Of a stretch of 64,000 nt of DNA, positions 29,226 to 39,155 are shown piece after piece. Position numbers and translations under genes: made by a program. Origin of the DNA: a virus; the IMG/VR virus record IMGVR_UViG_3300021437_000001, positions 1 to 64,000 of that record; one strand, written 5' to 3'. The notes below the pieces were generated by a model. It was not told the DNA's origin and searched no databases. It saw nothing but the letters and a program-made list of their open reading frames with translations. Positions within the stretch are counted from its first letter, which is position 1. Every line of letters begins with the position of its first letter.

Positions 29226-31340
29226 ATGGCCTTACTTCAACAGACTCGAATATTGCCAAATCAACGTCTCGATCTTCCTGATTACAGGAATATTGAAGAC
29301 TTTGTTTGCGCAGATTTCAAAGCTATAAATAAAAATGTTTGGGCAAATGGCAACTTTGTTGTCTCTGGTTTTAAACCTACCGCAGGTTCTATCGGATCTA
29401 ATGCACTTGCTTTAACTATCGCAGGTTCAACTTGTATCATGGGACAAAACGATGGAACTATGTTCATCGGCGCCCCTAGTATTGCTGACCTTTCTACTAC
29501 CGCTCTAACACCAAATGCCGTCAACTATGTGGAACTTATTATTGATAAAGACACTGGTGGTGCTGATTCTAGAGCGTTTTGGGACTCTACCGCAAATGGC
29601 GGAGCTGGTGGAGAGTTCAGTCAGATCGTAGACACTTATGTATTTTTAAAAGCTAAGTTTGCAATTAACACTTCAAACTTTACTGGCGATGCAAATAAAA
29701 TTCGAATATGCAAAGTTACTGTAAATAATTCAGGAATCATTACAAGCATTTCTGATGATCGTAATCTCTTTTACCGTTTAGGTAGAGATGGAAATCCTGG
29801 GTACACTTTTCCTTGGAGTTCTCGTTCAGAGCCTTTGACTACTTCATTTTCTGGCGGCGACAAGGATATTGTTAATTTAAAACAGATTCTTGATGCTTTG
29901 ATGGATGGACTTAGAGAAATAAAAGGTACGACCTATTGGTACGAAGAGCCTTCGGTTTCTTTTCCAGGTGCTTTTGCAAATCCGTCTTTATCAGTAATAT
30001 CAGGTAGTTCCGACTCTGCAAAATTTGCATGGGATGGCTCGGCCCTTACCATTACAGATGATTCGCTTTCTCCACTTCAGTCTGATGCAATCGCTTATAT
30101 CCGTATTTTTTCTTCAGCAATAAATCTTTCTTTAACTCGTCAATCAGGTGCGCAAGCAATCTCAATTGCGAATAAAGAAGTTTTATGGGTCGAAATTCCA
30201 TCTCCATACGCCACAACCAATTACGATGGTGTAGGATTGACTTCCTTTAACTATCATGTCTCTGCTCTAGGTTCTGTGCCATTGAGTGAAAAATCTTTCT
30301 GGCTCGCTTATAGAGAAGGCAATCGACTTTATGTTCGAGGTCTTGGAGAGTTAAATCCAGGCGAGTCTATGGAAATTAGCGATCAAGTTCCAGAAGCTTT
30401 GATGACATTTTTAGGTTTCAACCCTGAAACAGCAACGTCAGTACCATACACAGCTACTCCAAATTCTGCAATTTTTGGAAACGTTTTCAATACTTCTTCG
30501 AGTTTAGTAACTGCTATCTCTGTCAATACCGCTAACTTAAATGCTATAGGTCTTGCACTAGATACTCCTGTTTATGACGAAAAGATGGTAGTTGTATCCG
30601 GCTCTCCTGCCGATGACAACGAAATTCACGGCCCAGTTTCCGCAAGCACTGTAATCACAATTCCTCTTGATTCTCGAGACACTAACATTCAAAAACAGTA
30701 TATTGTCGGCGCAGGTCTATTAACAGTATACTTAAATGGTCAACTATTAGAACTTGGACTGGACTGGAATGAAGTAGGAACCACAGGAAGTTTAAGTTCT
30801 ACTATACAAATTTTACAAGATCTAGTAGTAGACGACCGTCTGATTTTCCGTATAGGATCGTTGGGTGGTTTCAATGTCGGAGCCTCTTCTGGAGAAGCTA
30901 ATACAGCTTCTAACGTAGGTGGCGGTGCTGAAGTATTTAAAATTAAATCCGGTATTGATCTAGAGTTTAGAACTATCGTAGCTGGAGCAAATATCAGCCT
31001 TACGCAGAATGCCAATACATTGGTCATTTCTTCTACAGGTGGCGGAGGCGGTGGAGGAACTGATCAAGTTACTCAAGTCTCTTCGGCTTATACAGTGCTT
31101 GGCACTGATGCTCACGTTAGGGTAGATGCTGGCTCTGGAGCTATAGCTATTACGTTACCTGACGCTTCTGCCGTGCTTGGTAAAAAGTATGTAATTAAGA
31201 AAGTGGACAGTTCGGGCAATGCTGTAAATATTAATACGGTATTAAGTCAGCAAATCGACGGTTTAACTACTCGAGCTTTAAGCGCACAATACCAAACAAT
31301 ATCAATCATTTCTAACGGTTCTGGTTGGGATATTCAATAA
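29226..31340 (+). CDS. Tail fibre / baseplate attachment protein
   Basis: 704 aa; 'VYLNGQLL..G.DW' module, GEANTASNVG shaft motif, and 'ITLPDA....GK.Y.IKK.D' C-terminal fibre domain. Confidence 0.7.
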   Translation: MALLQQTRILPNQRLDLPDYRNIEDFVCADFKAINKNVWANGNFVVSGFKPTAGSIGSNALALTIAGSTCIMGQNDGTMFIGAPSIADLSTTALTPNAVNYVELIIDKDTGGADSRAFWDSTANGGAGGEFSQIVDTYVFLKAKFAINTSNFTGDANKIRICKVTVNNSGIITSISDDRNLFYRLGRDGNPGYTFPWSSRSEPLTTSFSGGDKDIVNLKQILDALMDGLREIKGTTYWYEEPSVSFPGAFANPSLSVISGSSDSAKFAWDGSALTITDDSLSPLQSDAIAYIRIFSSAINLSLTRQSGAQAISIANKEVLWVEIPSPYATTNYDGVGLTSFNYHVSALGSVPLSEKSFWLAYREGNRLYVRGLGELNPGESMEISDQVPEALMTFLGFNPETATSVPYTATPNSAIFGNVFNTSSSLVTAISVNTANLNAIGLALDTPVYDEKMVVVSGSPADDNEIHGPVSASTVITIPLDSRDTNIQKQYIVGAGLLTVYLNGQLLELGLDWNEVGTTGSLSSTIQILQDLVVDDRLIFRIGSLGGFNVGASSGEANTASNVGGGAEVFKIKSGIDLEFRTIVAGANISLTQNANTLVISSTGGGGGGGTDQVTQVSSAYTVLGTDAHVRVDAGSGAIAITLPDASAVLGKKYVIKKVDSSGNAVNINTVLSQQIDGLTTRALSAQYQTISIISNGSGWDIQ

Positions 31341-31789
31341 TGACTTACGATCCTAGGCTTTCAGGAACAGTTTTGACAGTAGGTGCGGTCAGCTCAGAGC
31401 TACCAGCTAGAACAAATTCTAGTGGTGGGTCTTTGAACCGCACAGATCCTATTAGACTGGATTCATCTGGCACTGTGCAAAAGGTAGATCCTTCAGTCGA
31501 GTCTCAGGTATTATCGTGTATCGGTGTAGCAAAAGATTCGATTTCTAATGGAGCCTCAGTCGGTATTGTTACTGGTGGAAGGCTTGAAAATGTTACAGTG
31601 CCAGGCAGTTTCGGAGACTCTTTATTTCTTTCCAAAACAGGAACTCTAACTAACGTTAAACCTGCTATTGGAGTAGGCGGCTTTGTGACCGGAGACTTTG
31701 TTTTAAGTATTGGTATTGTAGTTAAAAATCAAGATAATCCATTACTTTCTGATCTTCTAGTAAACATTAGATTAGTCGGTCAGTTGTAG
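31340..31789 (+). CDS. Virion structural protein (DUF2190/cement-like fold)
   Basis: 'IGVA......G....IVT.G....G..LFLS..G.LT..P' pattern; TAATG start. Confidence 0.55.
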   Translation: MTYDPRLSGTVLTVGAVSSELPARTNSSGGSLNRTDPIRLDSSGTVQKVDPSVESQVLSCIGVAKDSISNGASVGIVTGGRLENVTVPGSFGDSLFLSKTGTLTNVKPAIGVGGFVTGDFVLSIGIVVKNQDNPLLSDLLVNIRLVGQL

Positions 31790-31818
31790 CGAAATTTTAG
31801 GACGAGAGGAGTTATACT

Positions 31819-32010
31819 ATGGAAGAACGAGTACGCAAGGTTAATGTCGAAGCTTTATCAGTAGAACGAGCTGAAGAACTTTCCCAACAAATTGGTGAAA
31901 AAGTAGTGAAGATACAGACCGAAGCAATTGAGAAAATTAATAAGATTTTAAGTATTTATGGAATGAAGGCAGAACTTGCCGTAACGATTTCCAAACTTGA
32001 GGAGAAATAA
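31819..32010 (+). CDS. Small hypothetical protein
   Basis: 63 aa; GAGGA RBS. Confidence 0.6.
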   Translation: MEERVRKVNVEALSVERAEELSQQIGEKVVKIQTEAIEKINKILSIYGMKAELAVTISKLEEK

Positions 32011-32012
32011 CA

Positions 32013-33698
32013 ATGGTTGACGTTTCAATTTTAAGCAGACTGGTCGATGGCGTACAGCGCAATGTAGACATTTCGCAAAATTCATTAGTCGTAGGCAGTC
32101 TAAAAGTAGGAACATCAACTCCTACCGAGCTTACAAAAACAATCCTAGATAACTTGGTATCGTTGCAAAATGGTAGTGACGTAGCGGCTTCGCTCCATCA
32201 CCATGATTCTCTATATTACAGAAAGACGGCGTTAAACTCGACTACTAGTGGCTCTTCTGGAGCTAAACAAATCGGCGTCAGCGGAACTCCAGTCAATCAT
32301 TCACCTGCAAGTGCTGATGTTCAGGCGTACTTAAATAGTATTGACTCTGCCCTATCTTCTGCTGGAAATGAGAAATCCGATAGCGTTTTCCGTATCGTAG
32401 ATAACGGCGACGCAACTAAAAAGATTGCTTTTGAAGCTGCTGGTATTGCCACGGCTACAACTCGCACAATCACAATGCCAGATGCAAATGTTGATCTTGG
32501 CAATTTAACTAATAGCAATATTTCAGCTTCAGCAGCTATTGCTGAATCTAAATTAGCTCTAGATTATTCTACTTCTTCTTTAAACACTGCGATCAGTGGA
32601 AAAATCTCTAGCACTCTTATCGGTGCCAATAACGGAGTTGCTCCTCTTGATGCTGGTGGAAAAATCCCAGTAGCTTATCTTCCAAATTCAGTAATGACTT
32701 TCGAAGGTGTGTGGGATGCTTCGACAAATACTCCGACTCTTGCAGATAACGCTAACGGCGCAAATGCAGGTATGGTGTATTTGGTAAGCGTTGCTGGTAC
32801 TCAGAATTTAGGTTCTGGTTCTCAAACGTTTGCTGCTGGCGACTGGGTCGTTGCTAACTCTAGTAACGTATGGCAAAAATCAGTTAATTCAAATGCTGTA
32901 GTTTCTGTAAATGGTCAAACTGGCGTTGTAACTATTAATGCTATCAATCAGTTGACTGGCGATGTTACTACTAGTGCGGCTTCTGGTTCACAGTCTTTAG
33001 TCTCTACTATTTCTAATAGCGCAGTTACTCTTGCAAAATTAGCTTCAAACTCTGTTGATGAGAATAAGATCGTATCAACGGCTCTATCTTCTAGTGGCGC
33101 TTTAACTGGTGGCTCTGGATCTAAGCTTGCATGGAATCCTGATGGAACAACTCTCGAAATCAATGCTAATGCCGCCCGCATTAAAGACCTTGGAGTTTCA
33201 ACTGCAAAACTTGCTGCGACTTCTGTAACTGCTGCTAAACTTGGCAGTGATGTTGCGGGTGCTGGTTTAGCTGGTGGAAATGGTTCAGCTCTTTCAGTTG
33301 CTTATGCTCCGGCTATTAAAGCCGATAGTGAAGTGGCTGGTGAAGCTTTTGCCGCTACTACTTTGTTTGCTGTTCGTTATGGACAAAATGCTGAAACAGC
33401 AGGTAGTATTTACAAAGCTGATAAAGACGCTTCCACTACCGATAACTTTTACGCAATTGGTTTGTTTAAGTCGGTTGGTGCTTTGGCTGCGGCTGATCCT
33501 ATGCCAGCCATTACTAAAGCTGGTTTGATGTCAGCCCCTTCACATGGACTTACTGTAGGTAAACCTTTCTTCTTGGCTGCTTCTGGCGCAGTAACAAGCA
33601 CTGCACCTTCTGCAATCAATGAAGCTGTTATCAAGCTTGGTATGGTAAAAGATGCAAATACCCTTGATATTCAAATTCAAATAATGGGCGTCAACTAA
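32013..33698 (+). CDS. Tail fibre/whisker-like protein
   Basis: GVAPLDAGGKIP...LP, W.ASTNTPTL, VVSVNGQTGVV and VT.AKLA repeats; C-terminal domain resembles 31340..31789. Confidence 0.75.
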   Translation: MVDVSILSRLVDGVQRNVDISQNSLVVGSLKVGTSTPTELTKTILDNLVSLQNGSDVAASLHHHDSLYYRKTALNSTTSGSSGAKQIGVSGTPVNHSPASADVQAYLNSIDSALSSAGNEKSDSVFRIVDNGDATKKIAFEAAGIATATTRTITMPDANVDLGNLTNSNISASAAIAESKLALDYSTSSLNTAISGKISSTLIGANNGVAPLDAGGKIPVAYLPNSVMTFEGVWDASTNTPTLADNANGANAGMVYLVSVAGTQNLGSGSQTFAAGDWVVANSSNVWQKSVNSNAVVSVNGQTGVVTINAINQLTGDVTTSAASGSQSLVSTISNSAVTLAKLASNSVDENKIVSTALSSSGALTGGSGSKLAWNPDGTTLEINANAARIKDLGVSTAKLAATSVTAAKLGSDVAGAGLAGGNGSALSVAYAPAIKADSEVAGEAFAATTLFAVRYGQNAETAGSIYKADKDASTTDNFYAIGLFKSVGALAAADPMPAITKAGLMSAPSHGLTVGKPFFLAASGAVTSTAPSAINEAVIKLGMVKDANTLDIQIQIMGVN

Positions 33699-33701
33699 CA
33701 C

Positions 33702-33730
33702 TTGATGCTTTTTGAAATGTAAGGTAAATT
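33702..33730 (+). promoter_or_regulatory. Possible sigma70 promoter TTGATG-17-TAAATT
   Basis: Correct spacing in an intergenic gap; the -10 ends 6 nt before ATG 33737. Confidence 0.4.
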
Positions 33731-33736
33731 AAGTGA

Positions 33737-34036
33737 ATGGGTAAGTTTTTACGTCTAAGCAATGGAGTTCCTAGATCATTTGATGAATCTTCGTCAGTGA
33801 CTATCTATGACCAAGCCATAGACGTAGGATCAATAATTACCACAGGCACGGCTGTTACCTTACCTGCAAGTGGTACTTACGATTCGCAAGAGTTAGAAGT
33901 ATACTTAAACGGTCAAGTATTAGACGATGTGACCGATTACAACTTTGTAGGAACGGTGCCAAGAACTCAAGTGGCATTTACGTTTCAACTCGAAGTTGGT
34001 GATAGAATAAGATTTAGGAAGATTCGTGGTGCTTAA
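33737..34036 (+). CDS. Small virion protein (VYLNG...DY module)
   Basis: Same module as in 29226..31340. Confidence 0.65.
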   Translation: MGKFLRLSNGVPRSFDESSSVTIYDQAIDVGSIITTGTAVTLPASGTYDSQELEVYLNGQVLDDVTDYNFVGTVPRTQVAFTFQLEVGDRIRFRKIRGA

Positions 34037-34077
34037 TTACGAATTGGAATTAAGATAAATAAAAATAAGAGGCACTA

Positions 34078-37000
34078 ATGGCACAAAAATTTGATTCAAG
34101 ACAGATAATCTCCCACGATGTTCTAGCGAATGTTCTTGGCGTAGATGGGTCACAATTAAAGACTTTACTGCAAAATTTGAATAAAGAGATTAATGCTCCT
34201 TATCGTATATCTGCTACTTCACCTACCGCTGATTCTAAAATCAATTTCCAGGCTTCTGAAGTAGAAGCTGCTGATCTAGCTGCTAAAAACGCTTCTCCGG
34301 TTTCTTCTCAGATTCCAACTTTTCCCGCATCTACCATCGACTTCCAAAGTGGAGCTACGACTGGTGGAACATTCAATATTTCTTTTCCTAACTCGACTGT
34401 AGGTTATTTCCGAAGAATCGGATTTAGCTTAGATGCTTCTGGTACTATACAGTGTTTATTTTCTGCCGAAGTAGCCTCTCTAGGTTCTTTGGCAAATGCC
34501 GGAACCGTTTTTGTTAAAGGCGCTTTACCAATTGGTTGGATTGATCTTGAAGCCACAGCCGCTTCTCCAGGTCGTTTTAAGACCGCAGGTTCGGCCACTA
34601 ATATTATTGAAAATAAAGTAGGTAGCTCTAATCGTGTACACCGTATCGTAGGTGGCGGTGGAGCTAGTTCGGGTTCTGGAAGTGGAACTGGAGATGACAT
34701 CAATGCTTTAACTTTTAAAGCAAGCTTCACTGATCTTTTCGCAGATCTTCCTACTGACTCAGTTTCCGCTGTTGATTATACGACTGGTAAAACTGATTCT
34801 ACAACTTACGATATTGTAAGTTCTTATCATCGTTTAGCTTATGACGCCTCTAAGACCGTAACTGGTTCTGGCGTAAATATGACTCTTAGTTCTGCTCCTG
34901 CTTTTACAATTAAAGCGGGTGATGTTCTGGTAGTTGGAACTGAGGTTAAGAAAATCGCTTCTATAACTTCTCAAACTGTTTTTGCGGTTGAATCTGCTTT
35001 TACAACTACGCCATCTTCATCAGCTTGCTGCGTATCACAAGCAGTACATACTAAAGATCTAAATAACTTTGCAGGTGATGGATTAGCTGTTTCCACAGCA
35101 TTTAGCACAAGCATTAGTCAGATTTTAATGACGTATGAAGATACTTCAACTCTTAGCGACACTATCTTTGATGCCAACACCTCTCCTGTAATCGCTTATT
35201 CCGCTTCTTCTGATGGTACGAATTTTTCTGCTCTATCTTTGAGACCTACAAATCTTAGCGATATGCAGTCAATGTTAAATTTACCCACGTCAGGAACAAA
35301 CTTATACGTTCGTTTCTTTGCCAATAAATCTTCTGGCTCTGGATCTGTAAACATTCTTGGCTATAAAACATTTTTTCATAGAGATGCGTCATTCTCAGAT
35401 GGCTCAGTATTAAATCAGGCTTATGGCCGTTTAGACAATACTGGAACTAAGATTAACGTTGCAGCAATTGCAAACGTAGCAGGGAAAACTAGAATTCAAC
35501 TTTCATGGTCTTACCCTGTAGGCGTCAATTCTGGAACCGCAAATGGTTCTTTAAAAGTTCTTGTTGACGGTTTAAAACTTCCACGTTTTGTGGATAGCAC
35601 TGTATCCATTTCTGGTTACTATAAAGAGATTGATCAGAATACAATCGAACTTGATGCCGATTATTCCTTATCTCCAATTGAATTTGAAATCGTTCAGGAC
35701 GTCGCTGTTGTCGATGCTTCTGATACTAATACTACCGCTGTAGCGCAAATTCAAGAAGCTATTGGCGAAGGTTTTCAAGCCTTTGTTAAGTCTAGTCAGG
35801 TAATTAACGCAACAACCGGAACTCCTGGTACTGGACAGTTCTACTCTACTATTGCAAATAGAGCCGCAATTTCTGACTTATCTCAAGACCTTAAAGTAAG
35901 AATGGGTATTGAGCGAATCATGACTCAGCAAATCTATCAACTTCAAAACGAGTTCGGACCTAATGGCGAACCTGTTTTTTCTGTTGTTAATGATGACAGA
36001 GGGCAGATAAGATTTGTAGGCAGTGGAATATTCACGATAAATGACGCTAGTGGTCAAAGAATAGGAACTGGTACTACTTCTACAGATTACGCCGAAGTGA
36101 CATTTTATGGAACTGGTATTAATTTATTGCAGAATATTGGCGTCGCTGCCAACGTTTCTGTAGCTTATTCTGTTGATGGCGGAGCCGAATCTACAACTGC
36201 CACCACATCGTATTCTGGAGTAATCACCGGAAGAAATTATTCTACTAACTCCATTATTCCAATAGTTTCTGGATTGACACTAGGAGTACACACTGTAAAA
36301 ATTAGAGCTGCTTCTTCTTCTGGTGTAGGCTATTATGGTTTTGAAGTTTTAAATGAAGCTTCAACTTTAAAAGTCAATCCTGGTTCTTCTTATATAAATA
36401 GCAAAAAGATAACTACGAATGCACAACAAACCGTAGTTTACAATTCCACTTTTGAAAGCGGTACTCTTGGAACAAGAGGTGGTAGAGTTCTCGTTTATCA
36501 AAAATCTGATGGTACAATTGCTAAAGCAGTTACGCCTGCTGGTTCGCAACTTAATTTAACTAGTGCTGATCATACTAATGAGGAAATCGCAAGAGTATAT
36601 TCAGTAAAAGAATTTGGAGCAGGAAGAAGTGATGATTTTAGTATAGCAACTGCGGCAGGAAGCTATACTTTTACGCTTGATGACGGAACAACTACATTGT
36701 CTGGTGCAGCAGTAGTACCAAATACTTTATTTTCAGGCAGAACTGGTGTTGGATATAGCACTAGTGGATTTCTCATTTTAACCTTTGTTGGTACTGGTTT
36801 AGATATTAATTGTAATTCAACATCGGCTAATACAATTGTTACACTCGTGGATGGAGCTTCTGTAGGAAATATAACTACTTTAACTACTGGATATAGAACC
36901 TATAAAGTTGTATCAGGTCTTCCATACGGTACACATACAGTTAAATTAACAATAGCAACGGCTACAAATATAACAATAAATGAGTTCATCGCCTATCAAC

Positions 37001-38022
37001 CTAAAAAACCAACGCTTCCATCTGGAGCAGTTGAACTAGCTGATTATAATGTGATGGCTAATTATGCAGTAGGTACTTCGTTTTTAATCGAAGCAATAGG
37101 TACTGGACTGCTTCGTAAAAACGCTTTACGAGAACTTGTTTATGGCGGTACAGGTTGGGCATTGGGAACGCCGACCTCTGCTTACATGAATTATCTTTTT
37201 GTGCAAACTACAACAATTGGAGACTATGCGCAATATACTTTTTTTGGTACTGGATTTGAGTTTAGATTTGATTTACTTACTAATAATGCAACAGCCGTTC
37301 AATTAACACTGGATGGTTCAATAACTAACTTTTCTGCTTATACAACTTCAGTGTACGGAACAGGTGTGGCTTTTACAGCATCTACTGGGATTCTAAATCA
37401 AGGGTCCGCCATAAGTGGTGGAGCTGGTGGCTTAAGCATTTCTAATTTGCCATTAGGCCTGCACACTATAAAAATTGCTTACTCTTCTGGTGGAGCAGCC
37501 ATGCGTATTGGTGCTGTAGATGTCATCACTCCAATTCACTCAGCAAAGTCAAATCTTTATGCCGACCTACAAAATACTCTGCCAGTTGGTTCTCAAGGTA
37601 TTTCTGATAACAGAAAAACTTCAGCAATCAAAGAAGCTCTGCCTGCTCAAAAAGCATGGGCACAGGCAGTAGGTATTTCAGCAAATCCGACTATGGCGGC
37701 TACAGCAGCAGTACCAATCCCAGATATGTCTGTTACTATTAAAACCAATGGTGGGATTTTAGACATCTCCTTTCAAATGGCCGTTTTTGGAAATTCAAAT
37801 TCAGGTGATAGATTTTACTCAATTTATGTAGATGGTGTACTTGCTTATGAAACTGCGGATTCTGTGGAAACGAGTGCCGGAGACAGGCCTTGGGTACATT
37901 TGCGTTATTTAGTTCCAGTTTCGGCAGGAACACATAAAGTTGAAGCTTACTGGCGCTCTTCTGGAGTCGCTACGCTAACTGGACAAGGCACTGGGCGAAT
38001 CTTAATAGCTAAGGAACTTTAA
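34078..38022 (+). CDS. Long tail fibre / receptor-binding protein A
   Basis: 1314 aa; three 'TFxGTG...DG...GLxxGxHTVK' beta-sandwich modules; paralogue of 39156..41861. Confidence 0.75.
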   Translation: MAQKFDSRQIISHDVLANVLGVDGSQLKTLLQNLNKEINAPYRISATSPTADSKINFQASEVEAADLAAKNASPVSSQIPTFPASTIDFQSGATTGGTFNISFPNSTVGYFRRIGFSLDASGTIQCLFSAEVASLGSLANAGTVFVKGALPIGWIDLEATAASPGRFKTAGSATNIIENKVGSSNRVHRIVGGGGASSGSGSGTGDDINALTFKASFTDLFADLPTDSVSAVDYTTGKTDSTTYDIVSSYHRLAYDASKTVTGSGVNMTLSSAPAFTIKAGDVLVVGTEVKKIASITSQTVFAVESAFTTTPSSSACCVSQAVHTKDLNNFAGDGLAVSTAFSTSISQILMTYEDTSTLSDTIFDANTSPVIAYSASSDGTNFSALSLRPTNLSDMQSMLNLPTSGTNLYVRFFANKSSGSGSVNILGYKTFFHRDASFSDGSVLNQAYGRLDNTGTKINVAAIANVAGKTRIQLSWSYPVGVNSGTANGSLKVLVDGLKLPRFVDSTVSISGYYKEIDQNTIELDADYSLSPIEFEIVQDVAVVDASDTNTTAVAQIQEAIGEGFQAFVKSSQVINATTGTPGTGQFYSTIANRAAISDLSQDLKVRMGIERIMTQQIYQLQNEFGPNGEPVFSVVNDDRGQIRFVGSGIFTINDASGQRIGTGTTSTDYAEVTFYGTGINLLQNIGVAANVSVAYSVDGGAESTTATTSYSGVITGRNYSTNSIIPIVSGLTLGVHTVKIRAASSSGVGYYGFEVLNEASTLKVNPGSSYINSKKITTNAQQTVVYNSTFESGTLGTRGGRVLVYQKSDGTIAKAVTPAGSQLNLTSADHTNEEIARVYSVKEFGAGRSDDFSIATAAGSYTFTLDDGTTTLSGAAVVPNTLFSGRTGVGYSTSGFLILTFVGTGLDINCNSTSANTIVTLVDGASVGNITTLTTGYRTYKVVSGLPYGTHTVKLTIATATNITINEFIAYQPKKPTLPSGAVELADYNVMANYAVGTSFLIEAIGTGLLRKNALRELVYGGTGWALGTPTSAYMNYLFVQTTTIGDYAQYTFFGTGFEFRFDLLTNNATAVQLTLDGSITNFSAYTTSVYGTGVAFTASTGILNQGSAISGGAGGLSISNLPLGLHTIKIAYSSGGAAMRIGAVDVITPIHSAKSNLYADLQNTLPVGSQGISDNRKTSAIKEALPAQKAWAQAVGISANPTMAATAAVPIPDMSVTIKTNGGILDISFQMAVFGNSNSGDRFYSIYVDGVLAYETADSVETSAGDRPWVHLRYLVPVSAGTHKVEAYWRSSGVATLTGQGTGRILIAKEL
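36478..36581 (+). repeat. 104-bp exact repeat, copy 1 (copy 2 at 40251-40354)
   Basis: ggtggtagagttctcgtttatcaaaaatct...gctgatcatactaatga is identical in both fibre paralogues. Confidence 0.95.
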
Positions 38023-38023
38023 T

Positions 38024-39112
38024 ATGCCAAGAATTAATACAATACATCAGCCAGCCGAAATCAAGAACTTCATTCTCAATGGGGCACTTGATTTTTGGCA
38101 AGAGAAGGTTGGAACAACTACGACTATCAATACAGCAACAACCTCATCTCCGTTTATTGCGGATATGTTAAAGTCTATTTCAGTTGGGTCTACTACTAAA
38201 AACTATTCTGTAGTACGCAGCACTGATATTCCGACCGTTGCTCAATCAGGTTTTCAATCCACTTATAGCGCATTGTTCACAATGGTGACTGGAATCACAT
38301 CTCCTGCCGCAACAGACTACGTCACACCTTTCGCTTATTTAATGGAAGGTTTTGATTATTCTAAAGTGCATTCTAAAACTGTAACTATTGGTTTTTGGTT
38401 AAAAGCCTCTATTGCTGGAACTTATAGTGTGGCTTTGCAGAATTCAGCGGGAACACGAAGCTATGTGACCACTGTAACAGTTGTAAATCCTAATACTTGG
38501 GAATTTAAAGCTGTGACAGTTACTTTAGATTCTTCAGGAACTTGGCTGTTTGATACTTCCGTAGGTTTGGGGCTTTTTATTGGTACTATTTCAGGTGCTA
38601 ATTCGCAAACTGCAACTTTAAATCAATGGCAGACAGGTTCTTATTTGTCAGCATCTACAGCAACAAACTATCAAGCTACTTCTGGTGCGACTGTAAGAAT
38701 TGCGCAGCTTTCAATGATAGAAGGTTCTTTAGGCTTAGGTCCTATGGGCTTTCAACGTGCTGGTAAGAGCATTCAGCAAGAACTTGCCATGTGTCAAAGA
38801 TATTATTTTAAGACTGACGCTTCTGTAGTAGGAGCTTGCGGCCCAGCTCCGACGACGACAAGCTGTTATATTTCAATGCGGTATCCAATTCCAATGCGAG
38901 CAGTTCCATCTTTGAGCGGAACAACTGGAACGTATGGTATAAACAATAATGGAAATTTTGCTTCCTCTTCGACAACACCGTCAGCGGCAGCGGCAGAAGC
39001 TACTGGCGGTATTTGGCTTATTACTGGTTTTACAGGTCTTACTACAACCATGGTATATCAATTGACGACCGTATCTAGTACCGGAGCTTTGATCGCTGAT
39101 GCACGCTTGTAA
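38024..39112 (+). CDS. Tail fibre-associated carbohydrate-binding-like protein
   Basis: 'KNFILNG..DFWQ' and 'ELAMCQRYY' hallmark motifs. Confidence 0.8.
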   Translation: MPRINTIHQPAEIKNFILNGALDFWQEKVGTTTTINTATTSSPFIADMLKSISVGSTTKNYSVVRSTDIPTVAQSGFQSTYSALFTMVTGITSPAATDYVTPFAYLMEGFDYSKVHSKTVTIGFWLKASIAGTYSVALQNSAGTRSYVTTVTVVNPNTWEFKAVTVTLDSSGTWLFDTSVGLGLFIGTISGANSQTATLNQWQTGSYLSASTATNYQATSGATVRIAQLSMIEGSLGLGPMGFQRAGKSIQQELAMCQRYYFKTDASVVGACGPAPTTTSCYISMRYPIPMRAVPSLSGTTGTYGINNNGNFASSSTTPSAAAAEATGGIWLITGFTGLTTTMVYQLTTVSSTGALIADARL

Positions 39113-39114
39113 TC

Positions 39115-39123
39115 TGCTATAAT
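39115..39123 (+). promoter_or_regulatory. Extended -10 promoter (TGCTATAAT)
   Basis: Same TCTGCTATAAT sequence as at 20636. Confidence 0.65.
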
Positions 39124-39155
39124 TAATGTAAAATAAAAGAAAAATGGAGACCTAA

